The notes: a model not told the origin generated them from the letters alone. A stretch of 64,000 bases of DNA from Veleropilina oligotropha (GCA_048128005.1 JBEUKZ010000047.1:62001-126000); one strand, 5' to 3'. Shown: positions 51,101-64,000, counted from the first letter of the stretch. A program made the numbers and translations.

Positions 51101-51819
51101 ACCGACTGCCAGGCAGCGCGACTATATATACTGCAGAACTAAAAGCAATTGATCTTGCTCTTAATTTTATCTCTACAAGTACTAAACGGCGTTTTATTAT
51201 CTATTCAGACTCCCTCTCTAGCTTACAAGCACTGAGTGAGATGAATAGAAATGTTATTGTTCAGGAAATTTTATTAAACTATAACAACCTTTTACCTGAC
51301 AATGACATTGTTTTATGCTGGATACCGAGCCATATCGGTATCCAAGGCAATGAGAAGGCTGACCAAGCTGCCAAGGCAGCCTCACATTTTAACAATATAC
51401 TAAATTGTAAACTACCACACTCAGATTTTAAACAAAGCATAAACAAATATATAAATTCTACTTGGCAGCACTCTTGGAGTGAATGCACAAGGAATAAACT
51501 GCAGAATGTCCAACCTCTTCTTGGTGACTGGGGACCCTCTTGCAGGCCATCTCGGCGAGAGGAGGTCGTCTTGGCCAGACTGAGAATTGGGCATTCTCAC
51601 TACACTCACTCCTACTTGCTTAAAGGGGAGCCTCCACCTGAGTGTATTCCTTGTGCAACTGCCCTAACAATTAAACATATATTATTGGATTGTGTCGATT
51701 TGGATCTCGCACGCCAAAGGTATTTTAGGACAAATTCACTCCAAGAGTTATTTAATCTTAATAAGCTCGAAGCCGTATTCGAATTTTTAAAACAGGTAAA
51801 TATTTTCCATAAGTTATAA
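48144..51819 (+). pseudogene. LINE-A ORF2; APE disrupted (stop at 48404, small deletion near 48640), RT-RNase H open
   Basis: ORFs 48144-48404, 48414-48689 and 48613-51819. Confidence 0.88.
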
Positions 51820-52136
51820 TTTTATTTATACTTTTATTTCCTTTATGACTAAATTCTACATAAATTTATTTTATTTTATTATTATACTATTTTATTATTA
51901 TACTCGTTTTTAGCAAACATTTGATCTTATTTTTATCCAAATTTGCATTGTGTTTATTTTACTTGTAAATATATTGAATTGTTTTTATTATTTATCACAT
52001 ATGTTTTATTGCATTGATATTTTATTAGTAAATATATATCTCAACTTTTAACCTTTTATATTAAACTATTGTATAATTAACTTGACCGACCCGATTATGA
52101 CCATTAGTGTCGGCGTGGTCGTTAAACATCAAATCA

Positions 52137-53181
52137 GTCTCGTCTTAGTGAGGCCGAGACCAGCGCATCTAGTACCCACTTGTTTGGCTGATCTTCCTGG
52201 AAAGAATTCAGCAATCTTCATGTTGATTGACCTATCCCCAACAAGTTGGGTGTTCAGTTCCATGATAAGCCGATCATCCTCCGGAGAGAATATCTTCGAT
52301 CTGACAGTAGGGTGCTGTCCTCCCCCTGCCCGCTCGGACAATTGGGTGGCCCGAGCATCTCGCTTTCGGACGATCTCCTCCCTTAGAGCCTTTATCCGCC
52401 TTTCGTTCGCCACGATTGGGTGGCGATGGCGGATGTGCTGACCCAGTCCTACCTTCGTTTCAAAGGACTGGCTGCAGTTCTCACACGGACATAGGAACGA
52501 TCGCTCCGGTGTTGCAGTTTCATCAGCGGGTCGTATGAGGCCCTTTCTGCATTTGCCGTGATGGATGGCAATGCCTTTCAGGGATGGAAGAGTTTTACGA
52601 CACAGGCGGCACATGAACCTGATGAATTCATTAGAGTGTCTGTCCTCCATATGATTCATCAGAGCCTGGGGATCGATGAATGATTCCCGACAGGCCGCAC
52701 AAGTATGTTCTCGATAAGGGTACAATAATGGTGAAGGTGGAGTCACCGCCCTCCATGGTTTCAATTGGTATGCCTTCCGAAGGCTCGAAATCCGTCGTGC
52801 TGAAGTCGACACCCAGCCAATCCGGGAGGTTACCTGGACGAACCAGGACCTGATTGACGTAAATGCAACTCCGCGTGAATACCATGTCAGGTATGTACCG
52901 CACGATAGCTTCCCTATCTCTCGTGGTTGGGCTACTAGGTGGTGGGCTGCCATTCCTAGTCCCCTTCCACGTTCCGGACTCGAGTCAATGGGGTTGGCCA
53001 GCTGGGACCTTCCCCCGGCGCTTTTTATAGCAGGGTGCCGACTGCTGCATATCTCTGGGTGTATCCAAGATAGTCATATTATCGATCAGGTAGAGCCGGA
53101 TGCTTACTGAGATAATTTGCTGGTAGCGATTTGTTTTGGTCTTTCGACTTACTCACGACTCACACCACGGGGAGGTTGCTA
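52137..53181 (-). mobile_element. R2 copy 4 (5' ~1 kb)
   Basis: Zinc fingers and Myb. 5' end TAGCAACC at 53181. Confidence 0.93.
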
Positions 53182-56100
53182 TTAGAGGAAGAGAACACAT
53201 AGAATCTTGCGTTCGTAGTCCGTGTCATGTTTCCGCCCCATGTGGGCCTACGTTCAACGCCGCGGATCTACGAGATGTTCGTTATGATCGTACTACCCCA
53301 CCGTGGCTATTCCGACCTCAGCCAAGGGTGTGGTGGCCCTTAGCTTCTGGCCATGTAGCCGCCCTTATCCACTTACCCAGCGATTCGGGTAAGTATAAGG
53401 CCCTGTTGAGCTCGAATCGGACACATATACGGCACATGGCTTTCTCCTTTATTCGGAACAACGTACAGGAAAATGGATGAATACGATCAAAAGCGCAACG
53501 GCGCTAACATATGTACACGATCGGTGTCACAGCTGGCCCCAGTCCCTCGGACTCGGCTTATAAGTCCATAAACAGATGGAGGAGGTTTATGGTACCCTTG
53601 AGTGCTAGCCTTGCTAGATGGTCTGCGAACCCCCGATCTCGGATTCCTAGCTTTCTCAAGGTTCGCGAGTTGTCAGCTGTCCATCCTCCCCGACAGCCAA
53701 CAGCCAGTCCACATACTGTGACTGATTCAGCACCAAAACGGTCTTTGATTTGATCCACCAGATGTGCATATTTCCGTACCTTCTCAGCATTTGCTATGCA
53801 GAGTGAACGGCCGGATTCATACACAACAGTCGGATCAATGACCATTGCTGTGCCCTCTCTTGTCATAACCAGGCCAGGCTTCCAGTTCCTACCAGTTTCA
53901 TCACGAATACGAGGTTCGTAGCATACGACCCAACCTACACTCTTGCACCTGTTGGCCAGGGCGTCCGCAATCATGTTATGACGTTTTATCCGATACGCTT
54001 TAACCTTCGGACAGTGTCCCGATATATGCCCCACTGTCTCTGTCGTTAGTCCACAGTGACGACAGAGTGCATCCGACGGACGCCCCGCGCGGGCCAGTGT
54101 TGCTCTACATGGGAATGTATCTGTTCTAAGTTTAATCGCCGTGATAAACTCGCTCTCGGACAGGAATACACGGGCCGGATCTAGCCAGGAGTTTGCCTCC
54201 CTCCTACTCAGGTAGTTCCTCCCTTTGCCTGCACAGCTCAGATCGGACCAGTCCTTGATCGCAACCTTTCGCCAGTTCGCTTTACCCTTCGCCCCCTTTG
54301 GTGGCGGAATCCCTGACTTAGTGGCATACGACATGATCTCGTCATTCGTACGCATCACCTCACACATCCTTCGGATCTTGGGGTCTTTGCTGTGGGTGAT
54401 GCTGTTAAGCAGGTTCATCCGCCCCGCCGGTACACTTCTAACAAACTCCGGAAGGCCGAGGCCCCCTTTGGTTTTCTGCGTGTACAGGAAAGCATTTGCA
54501 GAACATTCAGGAAGTGAGAACCACTTCCTCACATGTCTTCTGACCATGTGATCTAGATCCAGTAATGCCCCTTTCGGGTATTTTTCCATCATCAACGGGT
54601 ACGTTATCCTCGGGAACGCATACATGGTGAGCATAACAAGCTTTTGCCGCAGCTTGAGCAAAGCCTTATCTATACTCATCAGCATGCCTCGTAATAGGCT
54701 GACCACCTTCCTTTTGACTTTGGTGACCCATGGGCTCACCTTACTGCCAAGATACTTGGTAGTATCCTCCGGGCCAATAAGGGGAACCTCCTCTCCCCCT
54801 ATTACTAGGGGTTCCGTGAAGTCATTAACACTAAAAGTGTTCTTCCCTGCCGGCTTGATGTAGAAAGTGGCCGATTTTCTCACATTGAGTCGCATAACAA
54901 TCGCCTGACAGAAGTCGTCGACAAGGTCCAAATTAGTCGACATATCTCCTGGCGAACTCGTGATCAACGCATTGTCATCTGCATAAGCTAGGGCCTCTAT
55001 GAGATCGTCCAATTCATCACCGAACTTATAGCCATTTTTCTGTTCCGAGATCATTGCCAATAGAGGGTCCATGGCAATGTTGAACAGCAACGGTGACAGA
55101 GGGTCTCCCTGTTTAACGCCTCGTGTCATTGGGATCTTTCCCGTTTTGCCCTTCGCGGTCACGAAAACGGTAGAGGCATCGTGATATAAATCCTTGACTA
55201 CCTCGATAAAATGACTGTCAGTTTGGAAACGTTCGAGACCTGCAACAAGGTGCAGGTGCGAGACCATGTCAAAAGGCCTTCGCCACATCAAGAAACGCGA
55301 CACAAAGGGGGTTTCTGTTCTTGTTAGCATGTTCTATCACTCGCTCGAGCAGGTAGTTGTTCTCCGCACAGCCCGGTGCCGCTATAAATCCCCTCTGTCT
55401 TTCATTCAGGTCGAAAGACTCTAGTACTCTTCGAGCTCTAACGCTGGTGTATAGTCTTAGCAGTACCGAACTGATTGTCAGTGGTCTCCAGTTGTTAACG
55501 TCCTCGAGGCCTTCCGAGGTCTTTGGAAGAAGGATAGATCGATTCTCCTTCACCACTGACGGGATTTTTGCTGTGCACAGCCAAGTGTTGAACATGTTAG
55601 TCAAGAACAGCCCCTTCGGATCGCTCCTGATCACCGTTCTTAAGCCAATACTATCAGGACCTTTGGCCGAGTCCTTTTTAGCCCGGGCTAGCACGTGCGT
55701 AACCTCTCCGACCTTAATGGGTTTACATAGCTTAGCGTTGTCTACTGGATGTGGAACCGGATACGGATCGAGGTTGACCGGTTGTGACTCGCCCCCAAAA
55801 CGAGCTCTGTACGTGCTTTCCACGTCAACAGGATCGAGGTCACATTTCGTGCCGAGCTCTTTTTGATTGAGGATGATCTTAGCCAACCCTGTCCTGTTCT
55901 CTTGGAACAGGTATTGGTGGCTGTGATATTTTGACGCCTTCTCCTTGGCTTTATCGCCCACGGGATTGCCCTGTTTCATCCTGGTGCTTTTGACTTTCGG
56001 TTTCCGCTTAGGCGCACTCGTTTTGCACTCAGTGATCAGGCTGCCAAGAAGAGCTTCCATATCACTCTCATCATATTCCCCATCTGCCGCACTAGTTAGG

Positions 56101-57251
56101 ATTAACGCACTCTTCGAGACCAGGTAGCCTTTACCGTTTTTGCAAACGGCCTCATGGAAAGCATCTTTATCCATGATGGACTTGGGCTGCTGCACCTTTG
56201 TTGGTGCTTCATTTGGTTTGACCGGTTCGGGTTCCATCTCAATATGTCTCGTCTTAATGAGGCCGAGACCAGCGCATCTAGTACCCACTTGTTTGGCTGA
56301 TCTTCCTGGAAAGAATTCAGCAATCTTCATGTTGATTGACCTATCCCCAACAAGTTGGGTGTTCAGTTCCATGATAAGCCGATCATCCTCCGGAGAGAAT
56401 ATCTTCGATCTGACAGTAGGGTGCTGTCCCCCCCTGCCCGCTCGGACAATTGGCCGGCCCGAGCATCTCGCTTTCGGACGATCTCCTCCCTTAGTGCCTT
56501 TATCCGCCTTTTGTTGGCCACGATTGGGTGGCGATGGCGGATGTGCTGACCCAGTCCTACCTTCATTTCAAAGGACTGGCTGCAGTTCTCACACGGACAT
56601 AGGAAAGATCGCTCCGGTGTTGCAGTTTCATCAGCGGGTCTTATGAGGCCCTTTCTGCATTTGCCGTGATGGATGGCAATGCCTTTCAGGGATGGAAGAG
56701 TTTTACGACACAGGCGGCACATGAACATGATGAATTCATTTGAGTGTCTGTCCTCCATATGATTCATCAGAGCCTGGGGATCGATGAATGATTCCCGACA
56801 GGCCGCACAAGTATCTTCTCGATAAGGGTACAATATGGTGATGGTGGAGTCACCGCCCTCCATGGTTTCAATTGGTACGTCTTCCGAAGGCTCGAAATCC
56901 GTTGTGCTGAAGTCTACACCCAGCCAATCCGGGAGGTTACCTGGACGAACCAGGACCTGATTGACGTAAATGCAACTCTGCGTGAATACCATGTCAGGTA
57001 TGTACCGCACGATACCTTCCCTATCTCTCGTGGTTGGGCTACTAGGTGGTGGGCTGCCATTCCTAGTCCCCTTCCACGTTCCGGACTCGAGGCAATGGGG
57101 TTGGGTGCCGACTGCTGCATATCTCTGGGTGTATCCAAGATAGTCATATTATCGATCAGGTAGAGCAGGATGCTTACTGAGATAATTTGCTGGTAGCGAT
57201 TTGTTTCGGTCTTTCGACTTACTCACGACTCACACCACGGGGAGGTTGCTA
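53182..57251 (-). mobile_element. R2 copy 5, full length (about 4.07 kb), three-zinc-finger (R2-A type) architecture, frameshifted
   Basis: Coding span 57147 to 53558 in several frames: ZnF x3, Myb, RT (YADD), CCHC, RLE. No poly(A); the 3' end is ...TTCCTCTAA. Confidence 0.95.
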
Positions 57252-57805
57252 TTAGAGGAAGAGAACACATAGAATCTTGCGTTCGTAGTCCGTGTCATGT
57301 TTCCGCCCCATGTGGGCCTACGTTCAACGCCGCGGATCTACGAGATGTTCATTATGATCGTACTACCCCACCGTGGCTATTCCGACCTCAGCCAAGGGTG
57401 TGGTGGCCCTTAGCTTCTGGCCATGTAGCCGCCCTTATCCACTTACCCAGCGATTCGGGTAAGTATAAGGCCCTGTTGAGCTCGAATCGGACACATATAC
57501 GGCACATGGCTTTCGCCTTTATTCGGAACAACGTACAGGAAAATGGATGAATACGATCAAAAGCGCAACGGCGCTAACATATGTACACGATCAGTGTCAC
57601 AGCTGGCCCCAGTCCCTCGGGCTCGGCTTATAAGTCCATAAACAGATGGAGGAGGTTTATGGTACCCTTGAGTGCTAGCCTTGCTAGATGGTCTGCGAAC
57701 CCCCGATCTCGGATTCCTAGCTTTCTCAAGGTTCGCGAGTTGTCAGCTGTCCATCCTCCCCGACAGCCAACAGCCAGTCCACATACTGTGACTGATTCAG
57801 CACCA
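57252..57805 (-). mobile_element. R2 copy 6 (3' ~550 nt)
   Basis: 3'UTR and RLE C-terminus (GAESVTVCG...LFMDL). Confidence 0.93.
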
Positions 57806-57847
57806 TTAGTGTCGGCGTGGTCGTTAAACATCAAATCAAATCAAATC
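57802..57847 (+). mobile_element. 46-nt LINE-A 3' terminus
   Basis: ACCATTAGTGTCGGCGTGGTCGTTAAACA(TCAAA)n, joined to R2 through ACCA microhomology. Confidence 0.9.
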
Positions 57848-57856
57848 ATCTAGACT

Positions 57857-59143
57857 GGCCGCTCCGGCAGCCGAGTGAACCAGAGTGCAGACTGTGAATT
57901 CAATACATTCAATGACCTTGAATGCTCTGTCTAACAGGAGTGTGTCTCAGTTGGGGCATTATTTGTCCAGTTGCCATTCAACTTTCTCTATAACTGGTTG
58001 AGAGGGTGGGTTTTCCTGTAAGATCAGACTTTGCTCTCGGGATAATATCTATAAATCTGAACAGAGCCATTGATCAAAATGTACCACGAAATTTTTTAGC
58101 CTAGATTTGCATGGACATATAATCACTGGCAGAGTATCTGAAGAATCATATATACAGTAATACACATTTAAGTACATAATAGGCTCCAAATATCTGCAAA
58201 GCATTAATGAGAAACTTTAACCAACATATTTGACAGCAGACAATTAGCCCGTCGCTTTCCCGGTGGATACAAAAAGAGAGACATTGTCACATAAATGATA
58301 GTAAATAGTTTATTACAAAGTATGTCTATGATTACATATTAGATATAAATTATGCCAGGTAATTTCACAGAAAAATATTACGCAGTGAGTGAACAAACAA
58401 ACACTTGTGAATATTATGTGCAAAATTGGTGTATGTTTAACATCCACATTTGAATCTTACCTCGGTTATATAACAGGCAGGACAGCCGGAATTGTATGCC
58501 TTTATCCGATAAGATAGACACTGTGTGCAATGGCTTTGAATCACTAAGCCTTGAATCCGTAGACCAGTCCCATATGCTATTAAAGTTAGTACATGTACAA
58601 TGCATTATGCCATACAATCTGTACTTTGATCAACAAACAAACAATTATTGCAAAATATTGATAATATAGTTGTTTCAAAATTGCAAAAACTAAAACACAT
58701 AGTCCTAGATCTACTGGAACTACATTTTCAAAATATACAGATAAAAGATTTTACCCCACATCAACAAAATGGATATCTGCAGACATGACTGGCATACAGC
58801 CTTCTGATTTTACACTGTGGAATTTTGAAAAAGTGATAATTAGTGCCCAGAGAGTCATTCCTAATGATGAATAGTCATTAAAATATTCAGATCGATATTT
58901 CTCAAGATTACAATCAAGAATGTCCTGTATATTTACAACTCTCTGGTTCAAGGCAAGACAATCCATATTATCGCCCGGCGAAACCCACCCCCTCAAGTCA
59001 GTTACGGACAACTGTGATGGACAACTCAACTGAACAAAGAAAGCTAATGCCCCAACCGAGATTCAAACCCACTCCTGTTAGATAACGCAATTGGGCCAGT
59101 GACTTCAGAGTCGGCACTCGAGAAAACATGACTACCGGGGCGG
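57857..59143. repeat. Two degenerate copies of a tRNA-like SINE in inverted orientation (about 57857-58020 +, about 58965-59143 -)
   Basis: Both share TCTAACAGGAGTG...CTC(A/G)GTTGGGGCATTA and GGGTGGGTTT. The minus copy has B-box-like GGTTTGAATC. Confidence 0.45.
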
Positions 59144-59705
59144 TCTCTACAAAGAGGACTTGGACAGTCTGTGTAAATGAAAAGTAGTCTGGAACAATTA
59201 ACTGATGCTATAGGGACATTTACTATTTTGTCAATGAACTGGATTTTTTCACAGTTGTCAATAACGGAGTATTTTTTCCCAAATTGACGTCACGTACACA
59301 TGATTAATATGTAATGTGATTATGTCACTATCAGGAGTATTAGTCTATAAACTGCTGACAAATCCTTCAATTTTAATACAGATTTTTTCTTACAATCTTT
59401 TTCTCAATAAATATGAAAAAACATCATCGAGTGGAATGTTTGTCGTCAGATAAATAAAGTAAATCATATTTTAAGCGATATCAATTCTTGGAAGGTGATC
59501 ACGTAATACTGCATTCGTACTATAGACAAAGACTCTCAGAATGGATAAAACAAGGTTAAACCAGGGGTCCTGACTATAGTTAGACTGGATTAGTGTTATA
59601 ACATACAAACTATAAATTATTTAAAAGTCTCAACTCTGTTGCATAAGGTTGGCATAGTTGATCGACATGTTGCTTATCTAAAAACAATTAGTATGCAATA
59701 CAAAC

Positions 59706-60220
59706 AACAAGAACCACGGTCCGATATGTCTCGCCCTTTAAATATATATATCAATGTATCAGAAAATTCCATTCAATGAAAAACTTTAACTGAAAAAACT
59801 TTAACTGAAAAAACTTTAACCAAAAACTTTAACCAAAATTTCTATGTCCAAAAACACCAATTGCATGCATTATTTATATAAAATTCCATTCAATAACAGT
59901 TCCAGAGTATCAGGTGTTGTCCATATAACCATTACCAATGCATATGTATGCATAAAAACTTTAAACAAAAACTTTAACCAAAATTTATATGTCCAAAAAC
60001 ACCAATTTCATGCATTATTTATATAAAATTCCATTCAATAACAGTTCCAGAGTATCAGGTGTTGTCCATATAACCATTACCAATGCAAATGTATGCATAA
60101 AAGTGCCTTTAGCAACCCATACACATGCAATGAAAAACTTTAACCGAAAATGACACGCCGACGACGACGCCGGAAAATGTAATCCCTAAGTCTCGCTTTC
60201 CCTGCGGGGCGAGACAAAAA
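59706..60220 (-). mobile_element. Non-autonomous Helentron-type element (HINE/DINE-1-like) with internal tandem repeats
   Basis: Minus strand TTTTT-GTCTCGCCCC..GCGAGAC hairpin, GTCG microsatellite, about 140-bp duplicated unit and AAAAACTTTAAC repeats, subterminal GGGCGAGACA, terminal palindrome GGACCGTGGTTC, end CTTGTT. Confidence 0.7.
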
Positions 60221-60712
60221 TAGTCTAGATTTCATCTTGATACAAAAACACCAAGTATAAAAGCCAACGAAATGGTTGATATATTATGTCGTTGATACAA
60301 CTAATTAAATGTTATGGCTTGCCCCTATGTTGCCTTGGCAATAAGCAGTGATGACTGCTGTGTGTTCATGTTATACAGAGCGGATTCTGTTGCTGCTGTA
60401 AGACACTACAGATGTATTACTTCATATATCAATATCTGGCAGGCCCAAGTGGGTTTAACTAGTTGATTTTGACTTTCATTCCTCGAAAATATGAGTATCC
60501 CAATATGACATGTATGATCAGTTGGTTGAAATTATATAATAAATGCAAATGGACTGTTTAAGGTTACTTGAATCTCAGTCTGTTAATACAGCACAGCAAA
60601 GCAAAGAAATACATTAACCCACTGACAGTCTGTAGAATCAGTCTTGCGATCATGGCCACTATATCACATGATCATTGACGGCACGTAAAGTGCTGACAGC
60701 AACACTGTAAAT

Positions 60713-63599
60713 GAGGAGGTTCCCTGCAAAATGTACTAAGTAAAAAAATGAACACTCTTAAAATGACAATAATATTTTCATGTACTAACTAAAGGCAAAT
60801 GCATAATACTGTTTTGAGTTTTTGTATGGGTATACTATGACACTTAAAACACCAATAGGATTTAAATAAAATGCCACTGTTTCAATAGTAACTTATTCAC
60901 TCTAGTTTGTACTTAGTACATTTTGTTTTGAATATTGTTACTTAGTTGTTCTGTGTTTTATGGTATGTATGTAAATTAATGATCCTTCTCTCCCAATGTT
61001 AAATAAATACTTATATAATATTCTAAGTTAATTATATCCATTGATCTATGCTCACGTGGATTGATAACCTATTCATATGAAGAAATAAATAATGTGTTTT
61101 ATTAACCTGTTTATTTTGTATCTGATTAATTATTTCAACAGTGATACAGTATCAAGGAATTTCACAATATGGTTGTTATTGATAACTCTAATGTCAGCAT
61201 CATTCTGTGTTCTAGTTTCAAATTCGACAGGGCTCAATTTCTTCATCGATACATTGACAATCGTCATCATTGTGAGCACAATTATCGACAGCAGTGCTTT
61301 CATTTGATGAAACAATGCCTTTCAGGTAATGTAATTTGTCAACATCCTGCCAGTTATTGCCTGCATGCTGGATGAGAAGATTGTTCACATCGCTAATTTT
61401 GGCATCAGTTATCTTGACGCCTCGTGGGACACAAGGAACATCATTTACGATGCTTGCCCCTCGTTTTAAAACTGGCTTCGGATCATTTACCACACTGTTG
61501 TAGAACATTTCCGCAGATATGTTCACAGTGTGAGAACCTCTAGTAGTAAAAAACCTCTTCGACTCTTGCACCTTGAAATGCAGTGGCTTTTTTAATGTTT
61601 TGTCTGCCATCTGTTTGAAGTCTAAAACATTCCAGTCCGTGAAGATTTTGCATACAGTTCCGTATTTACGATATATTTCGTGATATTCATCAGGTGAAAA
61701 TATTGATTCTACCGCCTTTATGTCCTTTTCAATGTTACCAAAAACACGGTCGCACGGCAAAAATGAATGACCACGGACCGGGAACACCATTTCAACCGAT
61801 GATATATTTTGGGGGGCATCGTTCCAGAGCCAGTGTCCAATCATGTATAAGAATGTAGAATTCTTATTCTGGCCACCGCATCCATCACACCCTAACCTTA
61901 CTGTGTCAACACCTTCCAAATCAGCGTTTTTTAGATGATGGTACACCGCACTCGAGCATGCACTGCTATTCTTTCCCATATCGGGCTCGTTCCATGTGTA
62001 TAAAAACACCTTTTCCTGTGGCAAAGTGCTGTCTGTGCCACCTTCGCAAACTGTGAAATTGAATATGTATATTTGACGCGAATAATATGCTTGTTCATCA
62101 GGTACCTTTGGTAGTACTTGGTTCTGTTGGTGATCAAAAGTTATTGAGTAGAGACCTTGCCGTCTTTCGCTAATTAGCTTATAATAAGCATTTGCTCGAC
62201 GCATGTGGATAGTCTGCTCGGTCATCAAGTGCTGCTTTTCAGTATTCGACGTCGCATTTCTTATGCGAAATTTGTGTTGTTGGCAATGACTGCAAGCATC
62301 AGTTTTCGGTGTACCAAACCCTAAGTGAAATTTTCCATGAAATATTTTTCGAAAGAATGTTAGTTTGACCTTTTTATCCTCGTTGGTTTGTTTGTTGTTG
62401 TACATTTTCCACAAATTTTTTACATTTTTTAACTCGGACGGCAGATAGAGTTTCGTTGTTTTATTTCGGGAGTGGTGGGATTCTCGTGCCTTTAAAGATT
62501 TGATAAAAGTAATAACTGAATTACGTTTTTCTATGAATTTATTTGATTTACGGTCACCACCTCTCCGTTCCGGTCTTTCAGTTCCCTGTTTGTGGTAATA
62601 TGTCCCTATTCCTTCTACTCCTCTTCGGCCAACATTTAAAGTTTTAATAAACTTGTCTTTGCACACTCTAACTTTCGCGTTATCTTTGGTCCAAATATAA
62701 TATGCCGTCTGGCCGTGCTCCTCGTTTCCTCTGACGTTGTCCTGCATCTATTTTCACGGGTCTTTTTTGTTTTGACACTGATTTGTTGCGTAATATAAAC
62801 CGGTCCTGGTAAGCTTTGGTGGATTCCCTATAAAACTTCGCATTTAATGCTTTTAACTCATATTGTCCCAGCAATTCACATTTATATACCGTCTTTTTCT
62901 TATGGGTGCAGTTGCATTCCTCCGGCTCCTTTGGACCATGTCTGGAAAAAGTAAAGTAGATATTAATTATACTTTTTATACACATTAACTATACCTTTAA
63001 ATTTGCAATTAATCAGACAGTAGCCTACATGAATTCAACCAACACACATGTGCATAAAATATTGTCTTATATTGCCCGAAAGGCAGCCACATATGATAGA
63101 CAGTTAAAGATTACATAACTGATCTGCTAAAAATCTAGGCCTAAGAATCTGTCAAAATGTACTAAGTGACTTTCATTCCGGTCAAGAAACATTGACTTAA
63201 TACAGCTGGTCAATTCCACTTCATACACACTGAAAAGTATCATATTATCACCTCAAACGCTGTTGCTTTTTCTGTTTGCTTTCCTTTTTTGTTTTTTTAT
63301 AGCATTTTCACCAACTTCTCTAAAACTGTCATCGGCGTCCGCCATTTTTTACTAGGGATAGAAGCTTTATTTTCATTGGTTAATTTTGACTTAGTACATT
63401 TTGAATTGCTCACTGATTGTCATATAGTACATTTTGCACTGCATCATGTTTTTGTATGAGCTATTTGCAGTACTTAGTACAGTTTGATAATGCAATATTA
63501 TTTCACCATAGCAAGGGAAATAACAAGACCATGACATTATGGGAGATAACTCAAAATATATAAAAATGTTATTTAGTACATTTTGCAGGGAACCTCCTC
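60713..63599 (-). mobile_element. Sola (Sola1-like) DNA transposon, 2.9 kb
   Basis: Perfect 27-bp TIR GAGGAGGTTCCCTGCAAAATGTACTAA (60713-60739 and 63573-63599) with 4-bp TSD AAAT on both sides. Confidence 0.9.
61218..63345 (-). pseudogene. Sola1-like DDD transposase, two exons (63345-63252 and 62941-61218), with apparent frameshifts
   Basis: TFDHQQ, YYSRQ..FN, DGCGGQNKN and GHSFLPCDRVFG motifs. GT donor at 63251 and AG acceptor at 62942. Frame changes in the exon 1 A-runs and near 62720. Confidence 0.78.
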
Positions 63600-64000
63600 A
63601 AATATTCTGTGAACCAAAGGATGATCCCAAATGTCTCACTCTACATCCTCAATTCGAATCTGAACTGTGAATACTTGTAGCCTGTTCTGCTACAATCTTG
63701 ACTGTTTATTGTGGTGGAATCGAAGCAATTATCCTCTAAATCCTATTGGGCCAGTTTCCATATTATTATTAAAGCAAGTCGCATCTTCTCATGGATCATG
63801 TATCCACACGTCGTCTCTTAACGATTTCTTCTTCCTCTTTACAGCTGCATCCACCTTTCACTGTTTTTGCTTAACTTCTATGCAAACTGTGAATAAGGAT
63901 AGACTAGTGTAAATAATATTGTACTTTGAAGTCAATACATCGTATTTTAAACAACATGCATAAAGTATAAATAGTATACTCTCTCATGTGATAAAAATTA

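Larger units (their letters stand above)
46033..57847 (+). mobile_element. Composite retro-insertion: LINE-B 5' part, LINE-A 3' part, antisense R2 array, second LINE-A tail
   Basis: ATCTAGAC at 46025-46032 and 57848-57855 directly abuts the LINE-B 5' terminus and the last (TCAAA)n tail. Confidence 0.8.

Noticed and set aside
59780..60145. Repeat array considered as CRISPR-like or an independent satellite
   Set aside because: No unique spacers, eukaryotic context, and it is explained as internal repeats of the HINE.

Overview
Metazoan (mollusc-like, by inference only) repeat-dense region built almost entirely of nested non-LTR retrotransposons. It holds about 11 pieces of an I-group (I/Nimb-like; APE-RT-RNase H) LINE family 'A' with (TCAAA)n tails and two copies of a related family 'B' with an (ACTC)n tail, one full-length and intact. 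It also holds two head-to-tail arrays (3+3 copies) of an R2 element on the minus strand, the first still attached to an orphan, degenerate 28S rDNA fragment at the canonical R2 site. The rest contains a Myb/SANT-like ORF, SINE relics (one 5S-derived), a Helentron-type HINE and a Sola1-like DNA transposon. Most notable observations: (1) The R2 5' end begins with TAGC, so it regenerates its own 28S target, and those bases also form part of an HDV-like ribozyme assembled jointly from 28S and R2 sequence; this would explain the tandem arrays. (2) An 11.8-kb composite (LINE-B ribozyme/ORF1 + LINE-A ORF2 + antisense R2 array + second LINE-A tail) is bounded by a single 8-bp target-site duplication. 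(3) LINE-B starts with a textbook HDV-like ribozyme, whereas LINE-A carries an unrelated ~75-nt pseudoknotted module in the same position, upstream of a covarying 5'UTR structure shared by both families. All folds and alignments were done by eye.
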